Shown: positions 28,936-39,947, counted from the first letter of the stretch. The stretch: DNA of 64,000 nucleotides from Cyanobacteria bacterium M_DeepCast_100m_m1_067 (GCA_016882385.1 VGQC01000001.1:6081-70080); one strand, 5' to 3'. Notes: generated from the sequence alone by a model not told the origin. A program made the numbers and translations.

Positions 28936-30365
28936 TCGAGCGTTCCCCGTTGGCAAGCGCGCCACCTGCCCCGCGGGCGAGCCAGCCCCTGCCATTTGCC
29001 AGTCCGGAGCAGCTCGACCCGAAACTGCAAGCGTTTCTCGAGCAGGCATCCCGCCAGCTCTGCAGCTGGCTGGGCTCGGCCTCCCAGCGCTCGCCGCTGC
29101 CGGGGCTAAGCGTGCTGCCGGGGGTGGAGCCCTCCCTGGAGGGATTGGACCCTGCTGCGCTGCTGGCCGACCTGCAGCTGGTGATGGACGGCGCCTACAA
29201 CCCCAACCACCCCGGTGCCCTCGCCCACCTCGACCCGCCGCCGTTGGCCGCATCGGTGGCGGCCGACCTGATCTGCGCTGGGCTCAACAACAACCTGTTG
29301 GCTGAAGAGCTCTCCCCCAGCCTGACGCGTCTGGAGCGCAGTCTCACGGCTTGGCTGGCGGAGCAGCTGGGCCTGCCGGCTGGCAGCGGTGGCGTGGCCG
29401 CGAGCGGTGGCACCCTCTCCAACTTGATGGCCCTGGTCACGGCCCGTCGCTGCCGTGGTCTGGCCACGCAGGCCGATGCGGTGGTGCTGGCCAGTGCCGA
29501 TGCCCATGTCTCCCTGGCCAAGGCGATGGCCGTGATGGGCCTGCCGGCCCATGCCTTGCACCCGATCCCGGTGGACCGTGAGGGGCGCCTGGATCCGGTG
29601 GCCCTCGAGCAGGAGCTCGATCAGCTGGCGCAAACCGGAACGCCGGTGATCGCCGTGGTCGCCACGGCGGGCACCACCGTGCGGGGCGCCGTCGATCCGC
29701 TCCTGCCCCTGGCCGAGATCTGCTGCAAACGTGAGCTTTGGCTTCACGTCGATGGAGCGATCGGCGCCGTGTTCGGCCTGGTGGCCGGCCATCGCTTCCG
29801 GGTGGCGGGTCTGGAGCGGGCCGATTCCGTCACGATCAATCCCCAGAAACTGCTGGGCATCACCAAGACCTCGTCGCTGTTGCTGCTGGCCAGACCCCAA
29901 TCCCTGGCGGAGGCCTTTCACACCGGCCTGCCCTACATGGAGCCGAGTTGGGGCGGCGGCCACGGTGGTGAGACGGGCTTGCAGGGCACCCGCCCCGCTG
30001 AGATTCTCAAGCTCTGGCTTGGTCTGCGCCAGTTGGGTTTAGAAGGTCTTGAGGCGGTGCTCGATGGGGCCATTCAGCGGCGTCGCCAGCTCGCGGCCCT
30101 GCTGGAGGCCAGCGGCCGCCTGCAGCTGCGTGGGGGATCTTTCCACTTGCTGGCGTTCACACCCCGGGGCTTGGATGCCGCAGCGGCCGAGCACTGGAGC
30201 CAACACACCCGTCAACGGCTGCTGCAGGAGCACCTGATGCTCTCGCGCCCTTGGTATGCCGGCCGCCACCACCTCAAGGCCGTGCTCGGCAATCCCCACA
30301 CCCGCAGCAGCCACCTCGACAGCCTGGCCAGGCTGGTGCAGCTCAGCTTGGACGAGCTGCCATGA
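28926..30365 (+). CDS. group II PLP-dependent amino-acid decarboxylase
   Basis: SGGTLSN, AHVSL, ATAGTT, WLHVDGAIG, NPQKLL (PLP lysine). Confidence 0.88.
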   Translation: MEPFERSPLASAPPAPRASQPLPFASPEQLDPKLQAFLEQASRQLCSWLGSASQRSPLPGLSVLPGVEPSLEGLDPAALLADLQLVMDGAYNPNHPGALAHLDPPPLAASVAADLICAGLNNNLLAEELSPSLTRLERSLTAWLAEQLGLPAGSGGVAASGGTLSNLMALVTARRCRGLATQADAVVLASADAHVSLAKAMAVMGLPAHALHPIPVDREGRLDPVALEQELDQLAQTGTPVIAVVATAGTTVRGAVDPLLPLAEICCKRELWLHVDGAIGAVFGLVAGHRFRVAGLERADSVTINPQKLLGITKTSSLLLLARPQSLAEAFHTGLPYMEPSWGGGHGGETGLQGTRPAEILKLWLGLRQLGLEGLEAVLDGAIQRRRQLAALLEASGRLQLRGGSFHLLAFTPRGLDAAAAEHWSQHTRQRLLQEHLMLSRPWYAGRHHLKAVLGNPHTRSSHLDSLARLVQLSLDELP

Positions 30366-30604
30366 CCGATCCTTCTGCTGAATCCCCGCCCGTCGCCGGC
30401 CGGGGGCGTTGGGTCGCGATTCTCACCGGGGCGATCTCGATTCTGATCGGCGTGCTGTATCTGGCCCTGATCGTGGTGCTCGACAGCCGCGGGCCGCTGC
30501 AGCCGCCGCCGCCGGAAGCCCTCGTGGACAGCGCCGTTATTCGGCCGGAGGCCGGGGCGGCAAGCTCGGCTGCTTCGTCTGCAGCGGTTCCACCACCCGC
30601 CTGA
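30362..30604 (+). CDS. small single-TM hypothetical protein
   Basis: ATGA-coupled to the decarboxylase. RWVAILTGAISILIGVLYLALIVVLDSRGPLQPPPPEA. Confidence 0.75.
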   Translation: MTDPSAESPPVAGRGRWVAILTGAISILIGVLYLALIVVLDSRGPLQPPPPEALVDSAVIRPEAGAASSAASSAAVPPPA

Positions 30605-32087
30605 ACGCTGCCTCGAGAAAGCGGCTCAGCGCCCCATCGCGTCGGCTCAGGTCGTACTGCTGCTGCACCACGTCCTGCACACCGCCATCGCCCCAGTCCT
30701 GGTCGCGCTCGAAGTAGGTGACAAAACTGAGACCTGCCACCCGAGTCAGCCAGGCTGCACTGACCGACTGAATCGCCCGGCTCACCACCAGGGCCGGCAG
30801 ATTCAGGCTCAAGGCCGCACTCAGCAGGCTGACCCCACCTTTCACCAGGCCGAGGCCGGCCATGGTGCGCCCCACGGACAGGGCCAACTCCTGGGCGTTC
30901 TGGCGGCTGAGACTGATGCCGTAGATCCGGCCGATCTCCACCACCATCTGCGCATTGACCGCCGCCGCGCCCAGCAGGTCGAGCCCGGGCAGGGGCGTGA
31001 CGGCCAGCACCCCGGCGCCGATCCACATGTAGCGATCCACGATGGCTTCGCTATCGCTGCGCCGCTGACGGGCCAACAGCGAGCGGCTGGCTTCGCTTAA
31101 TTGGCGGCACTGCAGCAATAAGTTGTCGGCGATCAGCTCCTCGCCATCGGCATGGAGCACCGCCGCGATTCGGCGCAACAGCGCTTCCACTTCAGCGGGG
31201 GGCTGGAGCGGTCTGCCGCCGGGCATCGGCACGCTCTGGGGAGCCGCGCTCGACGGCAGCACATCCTCGGCGGCGATGCGGCCGCGGGTGCGTTGGCGCA
31301 GCAGCTGCAGCAGCCGAGTTTCCTCCTGTTCGCCACGCAGGTCGCACTTGTTCAGCACCAACATCAGGCGCTTGCCGAGGCTGGCCAGGGCTTCAAACAC
31401 CTCCAGTTCGGCAGCACGCAGATCGCCATCCACCACCAACAGCAGCAGGTCGGCCTTGCCGGCCTGCTCCCGGGCCAGCCGTTCCCGCTCCAACCCTGCC
31501 GCGCCGGCTTCGAGAATGCCTGGAGTGTCCACCAGCCACACGGCCCGCTGCAGCCCACGCAGGCGCAGGCGGTAGCGCTGGCTGCCGGTGGTGGAGCCCA
31601 TGGCGGCGCCCACCTCGCCCACCAGCTGCCGCAGCAGGGCACGAATCAGCGAGGTTTTGCCCGAGGAGCCGATGCCGAACAGCACGATCACCAGGTCGCC
31701 CCGCTCCAATTCGGCGGCCATGCGCTGCCGCTCTTGGCGCAGCGCTTCCCGCTCCACCGCATCCCGCACGCGGTCGAGGGTTTGATCGATGGCGGCCAGG
31801 TTCTGGGCGGCGGCCTCGCGGCGGTTGCCTGGAGGTGGCAGCTGCGACGCAGCGCCAGGGCCTGCCTTGGCCCCCAGCGCGGCCCGCAGCCAAGGCCAGG
31901 CCAGCTGCACCAGCAGTAGCAGCAGGCCGGCGAAGACCAGAAAAAACACCGGCTGGACGATCCAATACGGCAGATACCAACTCAATTGCAGGTAGAGGGT
32001 GTTGATCGCCTGCAGCACCACACCCACGGCGATCAGGGCCAGCAGGGCCAACCCAGCGATCAACCACAGGCGGGTGCGGGTTTTCAT
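30537..32087 (-). CDS. membrane-anchored GTPase with DUF697/YcjF domain
   Basis: Two N-terminal TM helices, G1 GIGSSGKTS, DTPG, NKCD, C-terminal TPLPGLD motif. Confidence 0.88.
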   Translation of the reverse strand: MKTRTRLWLIAGLALLALIAVGVVLQAINTLYLQLSWYLPYWIVQPVFFLVFAGLLLLLVQLAWPWLRAALGAKAGPGAASQLPPPGNRREAAAQNLAAIDQTLDRVRDAVEREALRQERQRMAAELERGDLVIVLFGIGSSGKTSLIRALLRQLVGEVGAAMGSTTGSQRYRLRLRGLQRAVWLVDTPGILEAGAAGLERERLAREQAGKADLLLLVVDGDLRAAELEVFEALASLGKRLMLVLNKCDLRGEQEETRLLQLLRQRTRGRIAAEDVLPSSAAPQSVPMPGGRPLQPPAEVEALLRRIAAVLHADGEELIADNLLLQCRQLSEASRSLLARQRRSDSEAIVDRYMWIGAGVLAVTPLPGLDLLGAAAVNAQMVVEIGRIYGISLSRQNAQELALSVGRTMAGLGLVKGGVSLLSAALSLNLPALVVSRAIQSVSAAWLTRVAGLSFVTYFERDQDWGDGGVQDVVQQQYDLSRRDGALSRFLEAAFRRVVEPLQTKQPSLPPRPPAE

Positions 32088-32103
32088 CGATCAAACCCAG
32101 GCA

Positions 32104-34293
32104 TCAGGATCGGGAGGCGCGCAGGATCTCGCCCCACAGGCTGGCGGCGAGGGCGCTGCTGGCGCGGGTGGGGCTGTTGTCGTCGTTGCCGAGCCAGATG
32201 CCCACCACCCAGTGACGCTGTGGCTCATAGCCCACATACAGCAGGTCGCGGCTCTCATTGGTGGTGCCGGTCTTGCCGCCCTCCTGGCCCCCCAGGCTCG
32301 CCATCTGACCGGTGCCGCGTTGCACGACGGCCCGCAGCATCTGCTGCATCGCCTGGGCCGTCGCTGGGGTGGTGACGCGGCGGCCCGCCTGGGCAGGGGC
32401 CTGGCCAGCCGCTGAACCCTCACCGGCAGCACTCGTCTGACGGCATTGGCTGGACGTTTGGCCGCTGCAGGCCTCCGCATCGGTGAGGCGCCGGATCGTG
32501 GTGGGGGCATGCCAGATGCCGTCGTTGGCGATCGCGGCGTAGGCGGCGGTGAGCTCCAGCAGGGTTACCTCGCTCTGGCCGAGGGCCAGCCCCGGCACGG
32601 CGGCCAGTGGGCTGGTGATGCCAAGATCGCGAGCCTTCTGCACCAGCGCATCGAGGCCCACGCGCTCGGCCAACCGCAGGGCTGCTGTGTTGCTGCTGAT
32701 CGCGAAGGCTGACACCAAACTCAGGGAGCCGCCACACCCGCTGGCGAAGCTCTGGCCGCGCCAGCGGAAGGGGGCGCAGCTGATCCCGTCTCCGGGGCGC
32801 AGACCCCGCTCCAGAGCCACCAGATAGGGGATCAACTTGAAGGTGCTGCCCGGCTGGCGCAGGGCCATGGAGGCCCGGTTGAACTGGCTCTGGCGGTAAT
32901 CCCGACCCCCGGCTATGGCCAGGATGCCGCCGTTGCGAGCATCGAGCACCACCACAGCGCCCTCGCTCACCTTCAGGCCACCACTGGCCTGGAGCCTCTG
33001 GCGCAACAACCGCTCCACCTGCTCCTGCAGGGAGCGATCCAGGTGGGTGTCAATCAGAAAGTTGCCCTCGGCGCCCACATCTCGGCCCACCAGCTGATCG
33101 AGGTCCCGGCGCACCTGATCGGAGTAGAAGGGCGCGCCGCGCTCGGCTGGGCTGCTGCGGCAGGCCTGGGGTGACAGACGGATGGGGCTGCGGCGGGCAC
33201 TACGGGCCTGGTCGGCGGTGAGGCGTCCGGTGTCGCCCATCTTGCTGAGCACGGCGTTGCGGGCCTCCAGGGCCGCCTGGGGATCAAAACAGGGGTCGTA
33301 GCCGTTGGGGGAGGGCAACAGCCCCACCAGCAGGGCCGCTTCCTCGCGCTGCAGTTGGCTGGCGGGCTTGCCAAAGTAGTGGCGCGAGGCATCTTCGAAG
33401 CCCCAGCCCACGCCGAGATACACCCGGTTGAGATAGCTCAGCAGCAGGTCGCGCTTGCTGAAACGGGCTTCCAACTGCAGGGCAACGAGCAGCTCCCGCC
33501 ACTTACGGCCCAGGGTTTCCCCCTGGCCCACCTGGTCGGGATAGAGGCTGCGGGCCAGCTGCTGGGTGAGGGTGCTGCCGCCCTCCAGCACCCGGCCGCC
33601 GAGCACGTTGGTCACCAGGGCCCTCGCCGTGCCCACCGGGTCCACGCCCGGATGCCACCAGAAGCGGCTGTCCTCACTGGCCAGCAGCGCATCGATCAGC
33701 ACCGCCGGGTAGTCGCGCAGGGCCTGGCGCTCTCGGTGTTCGAGGGCATCGGCCGTGGTGATGGGCTTGCCCTGGCGGTCGTAGATCACCAGCGGACCGC
33801 GCACCGTGGCCAGGCTGCCGCGGATCGGGGCTTGCACCGCGGAGAGGCCCAGCAGGCCGAGCCCGCCAACGGCCACGACCGCCATCGCCAAGCTGGCGCC
33901 CCGCAGCAACCGTTGCAGCTGGGGGAGAGGTCGGATCTGAAAGTCCAGTTCGGGTAGGCCCGCTTCCTGACTGGGGCCAAAGCGGAGGCTGTCGCCGTCG
34001 CGCAACAACAGCTGCTGCACGCGGCGGCCTTGCCACCACAGTCCATTGGTGGAGTTCTGGTCACTCAGCAGCCAGTGGGGGCCCCGCCGTTCCAGCAGGC
34101 CATGGCGCCGGCTGACCGCCTGGTGGTCGATGCAGATCTGGCAGTCGCTGTCGCGGCCGATGCTGTACGCGCCCGGGTGAAGGGGCAGCAGGCGCGAGGC
34201 CTGGCCGGGCAGGTGAATGCGCAGCTGGGCCTGGCCAGGCTGGCTGAACCGCTGCCAGCGGCGGCGCAGGGCCTCAAGGGCGGGGTTGGCCAT
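32104..34293 (-). CDS. FHA-domain class A penicillin-binding protein
   Basis: FHA motifs (IGR, SRRH, STNG), a TM helix, GT51 motifs (EDSRF, GGSTLTQQL, YLNRVY), transpeptidase motifs STFK, SSN, KTGT. Confidence 0.92.
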   Translation of the reverse strand: MANPALEALRRRWQRFSQPGQAQLRIHLPGQASRLLPLHPGAYSIGRDSDCQICIDHQAVSRRHGLLERRGPHWLLSDQNSTNGLWWQGRRVQQLLLRDGDSLRFGPSQEAGLPELDFQIRPLPQLQRLLRGASLAMAVVAVGGLGLLGLSAVQAPIRGSLATVRGPLVIYDRQGKPITTADALEHRERQALRDYPAVLIDALLASEDSRFWWHPGVDPVGTARALVTNVLGGRVLEGGSTLTQQLARSLYPDQVGQGETLGRKWRELLVALQLEARFSKRDLLLSYLNRVYLGVGWGFEDASRHYFGKPASQLQREEAALLVGLLPSPNGYDPCFDPQAALEARNAVLSKMGDTGRLTADQARSARRSPIRLSPQACRSSPAERGAPFYSDQVRRDLDQLVGRDVGAEGNFLIDTHLDRSLQEQVERLLRQRLQASGGLKVSEGAVVVLDARNGGILAIAGGRDYRQSQFNRASMALRQPGSTFKLIPYLVALERGLRPGDGISCAPFRWRGQSFASGCGGSLSLVSAFAISSNTAALRLAERVGLDALVQKARDLGITSPLAAVPGLALGQSEVTLLELTAAYAAIANDGIWHAPTTIRRLTDAEACSGQTSSQCRQTSAAGEGSAAGQAPAQAGRRVTTPATAQAMQQMLRAVVQRGTGQMASLGGQEGGKTGTTNESRDLLYVGYEPQRHWVVGIWLGNDDNSPTRASSALAASLWGEILRASRS

Positions 34294-34741
34294 GGCTCCC
34301 CAGCAGATCGATGGCGAAGCAGAGCACCGCCAGGTTGATCGCCACATCGGCGAGATTGAACACCGGGAAGGCAATCGGCACCAGGGCCAGAAAATCGACG
34401 ACGTAGCCCAGGCGCCAGCGATCCAACCCATTGCCGATGGCGCCGCCCAGCACGAGCCCCACCCCCAACCAGCGCACCGGCACCAGGGCGCCCTGCCGCT
34501 GAATCCAAACGATCACCCCCAGGGCTACCAGCAGACTCACCAGGCCGAGGAGCTCGGGGTGGCCCGTGAACAGGCTGAAGGCGGCGCCGGTGTTGCGGGT
34601 GAGATGCAGCTCCAGCAGACCCGGCCAGAGGGGTGTTGTGCCAAACGGGGAGAGCTGGGCCACGGCCCAGGCCTTGCTGAGTTGGTCCAACAGCACCACC
34701 AGGCTGGCGGTGGCGTAGGCCAGGGAACGGGCCCGTTTCAT
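34274..34741 (-). CDS. lspA: lipoprotein signal peptidase II
   Basis: DQLSK, NTGAAFS, GGAIGNGLDR, VVDF, FPVFNLAD. Confidence 0.95.
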   Translation of the reverse strand: MKRARSLAYATASLVVLLDQLSKAWAVAQLSPFGTTPLWPGLLELHLTRNTGAAFSLFTGHPELLGLVSLLVALGVIVWIQRQGALVPVRWLGVGLVLGGAIGNGLDRWRLGYVVDFLALVPIAFPVFNLADVAINLAVLCFAIDLLGSHGQPRP

Positions 34742-35313
34742 GGCTCCACCAACAGCAGCCGGCGCAACAGCAGCGCCGCCACGGCAACGCCGCAGCACAG
34801 CAGCAGTTGCGGCAGCAGGGGAGCAACGCTGTAGCTGAGCAGCAGCACGCCGAGGTTGGGGCCCCAACGCCCCGCGAGAGCGCCCAGCAGCAGGTTGGCA
34901 ATCCCACAGAGTTGCAGCACCGCCAGGCCCACCACGCTGGCCCCAAGCAGGCTGAGCAGATCGTTCATGCCTGGCTGGCGGGCCAGCTTGCCGGTGAGCC
35001 AGCCGGCGGGAAGAAAGCCCGCCAGATAGCCGAAGCCGGGGTCGAGTAGGTAGGCGGCACCACCACCGCCGTGGAACACCGGCAGCTGAAACAGCCCCAG
35101 GCTGAGGTAAGCCACGGCCGCCAAAATGGCACTGCGGGGGCCGCAAACCAGAGCGGTGAGCAGCAGCGCTGGCACCTGCAGCGTGATCGGCAGGGTGGTC
35201 AGGTTCCAGGCCCCATCGGCAGACGGCAGAGGAGCGGCGGCCTGAATCAGTCCCCCCACCAGGATCAGCAACAGGCCGGCAATGGCGCCGCTCCAGGTGG
35301 CTAGGGCCCGCAA
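34738..35313 (-). CDS. bioY: biotin transporter BioY
   Basis: PITLQV, YLSLGLFQLPVF, PGFGYLAGF. Confidence 0.9.
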   Translation of the reverse strand: MRALATWSGAIAGLLLILVGGLIQAAAPLPSADGAWNLTTLPITLQVPALLLTALVCGPRSAILAAVAYLSLGLFQLPVFHGGGGAAYLLDPGFGYLAGFLPAGWLTGKLARQPGMNDLLSLLGASVVGLAVLQLCGIANLLLGALAGRWGPNLGVLLLSYSVAPLLPQLLLCCGVAVAALLLRRLLLVEP

Positions 35314-35389
35314 CTGATCCCATCGTGTCTGCGACCATTTTGGGGGGTCGCGCCACCAGGGCCGCTCCCTTCAGCCCCCCCCTGCCGGT

Positions 35390-35653
35390 ATGGACCAAGC
35401 CACAAGCCCGGAGCCCCGCGAGTCCCAGCCCTTTGCGGTGGGCGACGCCGTCCTGCTCAAGGGACGGCAGCAGTACCTGAAAACGGCCGATCCCATGCCG
35501 ATGCTGCGCCCCCCCGATCTCGTGGATCCGGAGGAGCTGGGTGAGGTGCTGGCGCTCAAAGCGCGCAACCTTCTGGCGGTTCGCTTTCGGCGGGGCACCT
35601 TTCTGATCGAGGCCGATCAGCTCCAGCCCCCGAAGCCCCCCAAAGCTGACTGA
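35390..35653 (+). CDS. ndhO: NDH-1 subunit O
   Basis: YLKTADPMPMLRPPDLV...VRFRRGTFLI is a small cyanobacterial NDH-associated or SipA-like SH3-type sequence. The exact symbol is uncertain. Confidence 0.55.
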   Translation: MDQATSPEPRESQPFAVGDAVLLKGRQQYLKTADPMPMLRPPDLVDPEELGEVLALKARNLLAVRFRRGTFLIEADQLQPPKPPKAD

Positions 35654-35664
35654 TCAGCGGGTCA

Positions 35665-36963
35665 TCAGCGGCTGAGGACATGGCTCTGCCAAGCCTGTTC
35701 GGCGGCAGCCAGGGCCAGTGGCGGTCCGCAGAGGCTCAGGGCCGGCTGGGTCAGTCGCCGTTGGGCGGCGGCCAACAGGGCTGGGGCGTCGAGCTGCTGG
35801 GCCCGTTCGAGGGTGTCCTGCACGTAGGTCCAGCCCAAGCCATGGCCGAGCACCAGGGCCTGGCGATCGGCGATCTGGCCGCAGGTCTGCCGTCCCATGG
35901 CGTCTTGGCCGCGGTATTTGGCTTTGGCTAAGGCGAGTTCGTCCTCGCTGAGTGGCTGCTCCAGCATGCGAGCCCATTCGTCGAGCAGGGAGGTGGTGGC
36001 TTCGGCGGCCCGTTCCGCGGAGCTGGACAGATGCCAAATGAACGGGGTCGACCCCCGCCGCGCCGGCATGTGCACCCCCACGTCGTAGGCCAGGCCGCGC
36101 TCCTCCCGCATCGTCACAAACAGCCGGCTGGACATCCCCATGCCGAGGTGGGCCTGCAGCAGCCGCAGGGCCAGTCCGTCGGGATCCCCCAGGGGCACAG
36201 TGGCCGCGCCGAGCATCAGAACCAACTGCTCCGTGTCCTGCTCCAGGCTGGTGAAGCGCTGGCTGCAGCCTGGCGCCTGCGGGCCTGGGCCCGGCAGGGG
36301 CGCGGCCGTCATCCAGGGACTGCGCGCCAGCCAGGTATTGAGCAGCTCCGGCAGTTCGGGCCCCAGATCGCCGCAGGCCACGAGCAGGGCACCGTCGTGG
36401 CCGAGGGCCGGCACCAGATCCCGGATCTGCTCGCGGCCGATCGCGGCCAGTTCCGCTTCCACCCCCAGGGGGTCGTGCCCATAGGGCCCCTGCCCGTAAA
36501 GCTGGTGGCGCAGCTGGTCGTGGGCCAACTGGAAGGGATCCTCCCGCTGGCGCTGCAGGCTCTGCAGGTTGAGGCCGCGCTCGAGATCGAGTTGGTCGCT
36601 GCTGAGCCAGGGCTGCCGCGCCATGGACAGCAGCAGGGGCAGCAGCTCGGGGGCATCGCTGCTGGCGCACTTGAGGCTCAGCACCAGGCTGTCCTCCGTG
36701 GCTTCACAGCGCAAGGCTGCACCCCGACCTTCCACCAGATCGGCCAGGGCTTCGGCGTTGAAATCGCCGCAGCCGCGTGTGAGCAGCCCGGCCAGCAGCT
36801 GGGCTGCTCCCCGCTCGCCTAAACGATCCCCACTGCTACCGCCGCGGATCCAGAGGCGGCAGGCCACGATCGCTGGCCCTGGCCGCCGTTGCCACACCAG
36901 GGGGAGGCCCCCCTCCAGGGTCGTGGTCTGCCAAGTGCCTGTCGGCCACGGGGACTGGATCAT
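35665..36963 (-). CDS. M16 family peptidase, non-catalytic subunit
   Basis: M16 fold with SSRLF...REERGLAYDV. HxxEH is replaced by QLLAG. Confidence 0.88.
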   Translation of the reverse strand: MIQSPWPTGTWQTTTLEGGLPLVWQRRPGPAIVACRLWIRGGSSGDRLGERGAAQLLAGLLTRGCGDFNAEALADLVEGRGAALRCEATEDSLVLSLKCASSDAPELLPLLLSMARQPWLSSDQLDLERGLNLQSLQRQREDPFQLAHDQLRHQLYGQGPYGHDPLGVEAELAAIGREQIRDLVPALGHDGALLVACGDLGPELPELLNTWLARSPWMTAAPLPGPGPQAPGCSQRFTSLEQDTEQLVLMLGAATVPLGDPDGLALRLLQAHLGMGMSSRLFVTMREERGLAYDVGVHMPARRGSTPFIWHLSSSAERAAEATTSLLDEWARMLEQPLSEDELALAKAKYRGQDAMGRQTCGQIADRQALVLGHGLGWTYVQDTLERAQQLDAPALLAAAQRRLTQPALSLCGPPLALAAAEQAWQSHVLSR

Positions 36964-38228
36964 GCCGGCACCGCTTCAAGGATGCAGGCTGCCGCTGGAT
37001 CGAGCAGGGGCACCGCCCGCCGCACCAGCTCCTGCCGATCCCAGCGTTCGATGTCCTCCAGGGGCTGGGCCAGCCCATGCCGCCGCCCCCAGAGCCGGTT
37101 GTTACCGATCAGACCGGCCACGCCACCGGCGGCCTCCAAACCGAAGCGGTAGCCGTTCGCCACCAGCCGCTGGGCCCGCTGCCACTCCAGCTCCGGCAGC
37201 CCCTGCTGCTGCAGTTTCGACCAAACCTCAGCAATGGCCTGGCGCACCGCCGGCAGCTCGTCGGGTTCGCAGATCGCCTCCAGCAGGGCAAAGCTGCCGC
37301 ACTCCATCACGTGCAGATCCAGGTCGACACTCTCCACAATGCGGAGCTGCTCCCGCAGGCGCTCCACCAGGCGGCTGCGGCGTCCTTCGGCCAACACGGT
37401 GGTGAGCAGGTCTGCACCCATCACACCGTGCAGATCGGCGGCGGGGGGCAGCCCCCAGAGCATCAGCAAGCGGGCTGATTCCAGCCGGGGCAGCTCCAGA
37501 CGGTGCTCACCGGGTTGTACAGCCAGGGGAGGGCGGCGCGCGGGTTCCAGCACCGCCGGCAGGTCGGCCAGGGCGCTGCGCTCCAGGCGATCGCCCAGGG
37601 CAGCGGGTTCTACGGCTCCGCTGAGGGCCAGCACGCAGCGGTTGGCGCCATACAGACGCTGGTGAAAGCCGGCCATGGCCTCGGGCGTTTGGGCCAGCAG
37701 CAGCTCCCGCTGGCCCAGGATCGGTTCGCCGTAGGCGTGGCCAGGGCAGCCCAACCGCAGCAACTGCTGCAAGGCCATTTCATCGGGCTGGTCTTCGCTT
37801 TGGGCCAGCTCTTCGAGCACCACCTGGCGCTCCATCACAAAGGCGTCGTGGTCCAGCCGCGGGTGCAGCACCAGATCCAGCAGTAGATCCAGGGCGTCGG
37901 CAGCGGCCTCCGGTGGAATCAAGACGTGGTAATGAACGTCATCGAAGCCGGTGGCGGCATTGCTGTTGCCGCCCATCGCTTCGACGCGCAGGTCGAATTC
38001 CCCCGGCCCCAACCGCTCGCTGCCCTTGAACACCATGTGCTCGAGGAAGTGGGCCATGCCGCTCTCCCCGGGAGCCTCGAACACACTGCCGGCCCGGCAC
38101 CAGAAGTCGAGGCAGACCAGGGGGGAGTCGGGCAGGGGCAGGTACACCACGCTGGCGCCGTTGGCTAGCGGGTGATCGCTGGGTGAGGCCAGACCGGGCA
38201 ACAGGGTCTCGGACGGGGCCAGGGTCAA
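36960..38228 (-). CDS. M16 family zinc peptidase, catalytic subunit
   Basis: [28 protein letters not shown]. Confidence 0.92.
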   Translation of the reverse strand: MTLAPSETLLPGLASPSDHPLANGASVVYLPLPDSPLVCLDFWCRAGSVFEAPGESGMAHFLEHMVFKGSERLGPGEFDLRVEAMGGNSNAATGFDDVHYHVLIPPEAAADALDLLLDLVLHPRLDHDAFVMERQVVLEELAQSEDQPDEMALQQLLRLGCPGHAYGEPILGQRELLLAQTPEAMAGFHQRLYGANRCVLALSGAVEPAALGDRLERSALADLPAVLEPARRPPLAVQPGEHRLELPRLESARLLMLWGLPPAADLHGVMGADLLTTVLAEGRRSRLVERLREQLRIVESVDLDLHVMECGSFALLEAICEPDELPAVRQAIAEVWSKLQQQGLPELEWQRAQRLVANGYRFGLEAAGGVAGLIGNNRLWGRRHGLAQPLEDIERWDRQELVRRAVPLLDPAAACILEAVPA

Positions 38229-38235
38229 GGCTCAG

Positions 38236-39033
38236 ATGCGTGGCAGGATCTGCATTCTGCTGGCTGCACCCCCTGCCGTGAGTTCTGCCCCCGCTTCTCC
38301 TCAGGCATCCGGCCAGGCTTCCGGTATCCACCCACTGGTCGACGCTCTGGCCGATCGGATGCGCCAGTGGTGGCAAACCCTCCCCGAGCTGGCTCCCCTG
38401 GCCGTGGATCCGGCGCTGGAGGCCATCAGCGGCAGTCTCGATGGCGATGCCCTGTTCATCCGCAACGAGCTGCGCCAGTGCCGAGGGTTGCGCAAATTGC
38501 ACCTGGAAAGGGCGCGCCTCGGCGCGGGGCTGCAGATCCTGCATTGCGTGCTGTTCCCCGACCCCCGCTTCGATCTGCCGGTCTTTGGCGCCGACATCGT
38601 GGCGGGTCCAGCCGGGGTGTCGGCCGCGATCGTCGATCTCTCGCCGGTGCTGCCGGAGCTGCCTGTGGGCATTGCTGCTGCATTGGCCGCCCGCCCCCGC
38701 ACCTCCTACAGCCAGGAGCGGGAGCTGCCTGGATGGGGATCGATCTTTTCGCCCTTTGTCCGTTTTGTGCGCCCCACCAGCCCCGAGGAGGAGACGGCTT
38801 TTGTCGATGAGGTGAGCAGCGTTCTGGCTGTGCTGGCGGATGCCATCGCCGTCGCCGAGCCTCAGGCCCCAGACCATCCGGCTACGGTTGAGCGCTGGCA
38901 GGGGCAGCTCCGGTATTGCAAGCATCAGAAACAAAACGACAAGACCCGCCGGGTGCTGGAGAAAGCCTTCAACCCCGCTTGGGCCGACCGCTACATCGAG
39001 GAACTGCTGTTCGACGATCCGCCGGCTCCGTGA
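38236..39033 (+). CDS. pcyA: phycocyanobilin:ferredoxin oxidoreductase
   Basis: [44 protein letters not shown]. Start may be GTG 38278. Confidence 0.95.
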   Translation: MRGRICILLAAPPAVSSAPASPQASGQASGIHPLVDALADRMRQWWQTLPELAPLAVDPALEAISGSLDGDALFIRNELRQCRGLRKLHLERARLGAGLQILHCVLFPDPRFDLPVFGADIVAGPAGVSAAIVDLSPVLPELPVGIAAALAARPRTSYSQERELPGWGSIFSPFVRFVRPTSPEEETAFVDEVSSVLAVLADAIAVAEPQAPDHPATVERWQGQLRYCKHQKQNDKTRRVLEKAFNPAWADRYIEELLFDDPPAP

Positions 39034-39947
39034 AGCGGACCCTTCAGCGGGTGCCGCGGCTCTGGTGGCTGGCAGGTGCCGCTGTGGTGGTTGTGCTGGG
39101 GGGGCTGGCCGTCAGTCGCCAGCAACGGGCAACGCCCGTCCCCGCCACACCTGCCGCCCAGTCGCCCCGCCCACTTGAGGCCGTTGCCGCCCTGGGCCGG
39201 CTCGAACCCGACGGAGATGTGCGTCTGCTGGCCGCCCCGATGAGTGGCATTGGTGGCAGCCCTCGCATCACGCAGTTGCTGGTGGAGGAGGGCGACAGCG
39301 TGCAGAGCGGCCAACTCCTGGCCCGATTTGACACGGCACCCAGCCTGCTGGCCCAGCAGCGGTTGCTCGATGCCCGCATTCGCAACCTCGACACCCGCTT
39401 GCAGGTGCAGACCCGCGACATCGGCCGCTATCGCCAGCTGAGCCGCTCCGGTGCCATTCCCAGTGGTGAGCTCGACACGCGCGAAACCGACCTGCTCGAG
39501 CTGCAGGGGGCCCGCACCGAGGCCTGGGCTGAGCGGGAGAAGATCAGGGCGGAGTTGCTGCTCACCGAACTGCGGGCGCCCATCGCCGGCACGGTGTTGA
39601 AACTTCATGCCCGCGTGGGCGAGCGGCCAGCCGACAAAGGCGTGCTCGAACTCGGAGCCAGCGATCGGATGCAGGCGCTGGTGGAGGTCTACGAGAGCGA
39701 CATCAACCGGGTGCGCCTGGGCCAGACCGTTTCCTTGATCAGCGAGAACGGCGGCTTTCAGGGCAACTTGAGCGGAGAGGTGATTCGGATCAGCCCCCAG
39801 GTGCGGCAGCGCTCGGTGCTCTCCACCGATCCCACCGGCGACGCCGACGCCCGCGTGGTGGAGGTGCGGGTGGCCCTCAACGCTGCCGACAGCCAGCGGG
39901 TTCGCGATCTCACCGGGCTGAAGGTGATCGCCCGGCTCGGCCGCTGA
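39030..39947 (+). CDS. devB: DevB-family membrane fusion protein
   Basis: GTG overlapping the pcyA stop. [32 protein letters not shown]. Confidence 0.88.
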   Translation: MKRTLQRVPRLWWLAGAAVVVVLGGLAVSRQQRATPVPATPAAQSPRPLEAVAALGRLEPDGDVRLLAAPMSGIGGSPRITQLLVEEGDSVQSGQLLARFDTAPSLLAQQRLLDARIRNLDTRLQVQTRDIGRYRQLSRSGAIPSGELDTRETDLLELQGARTEAWAEREKIRAELLLTELRAPIAGTVLKLHARVGERPADKGVLELGASDRMQALVEVYESDINRVRLGQTVSLISENGGFQGNLSGEVIRISPQVRQRSVLSTDPTGDADARVVEVRVALNAADSQRVRDLTGLKVIARLGR

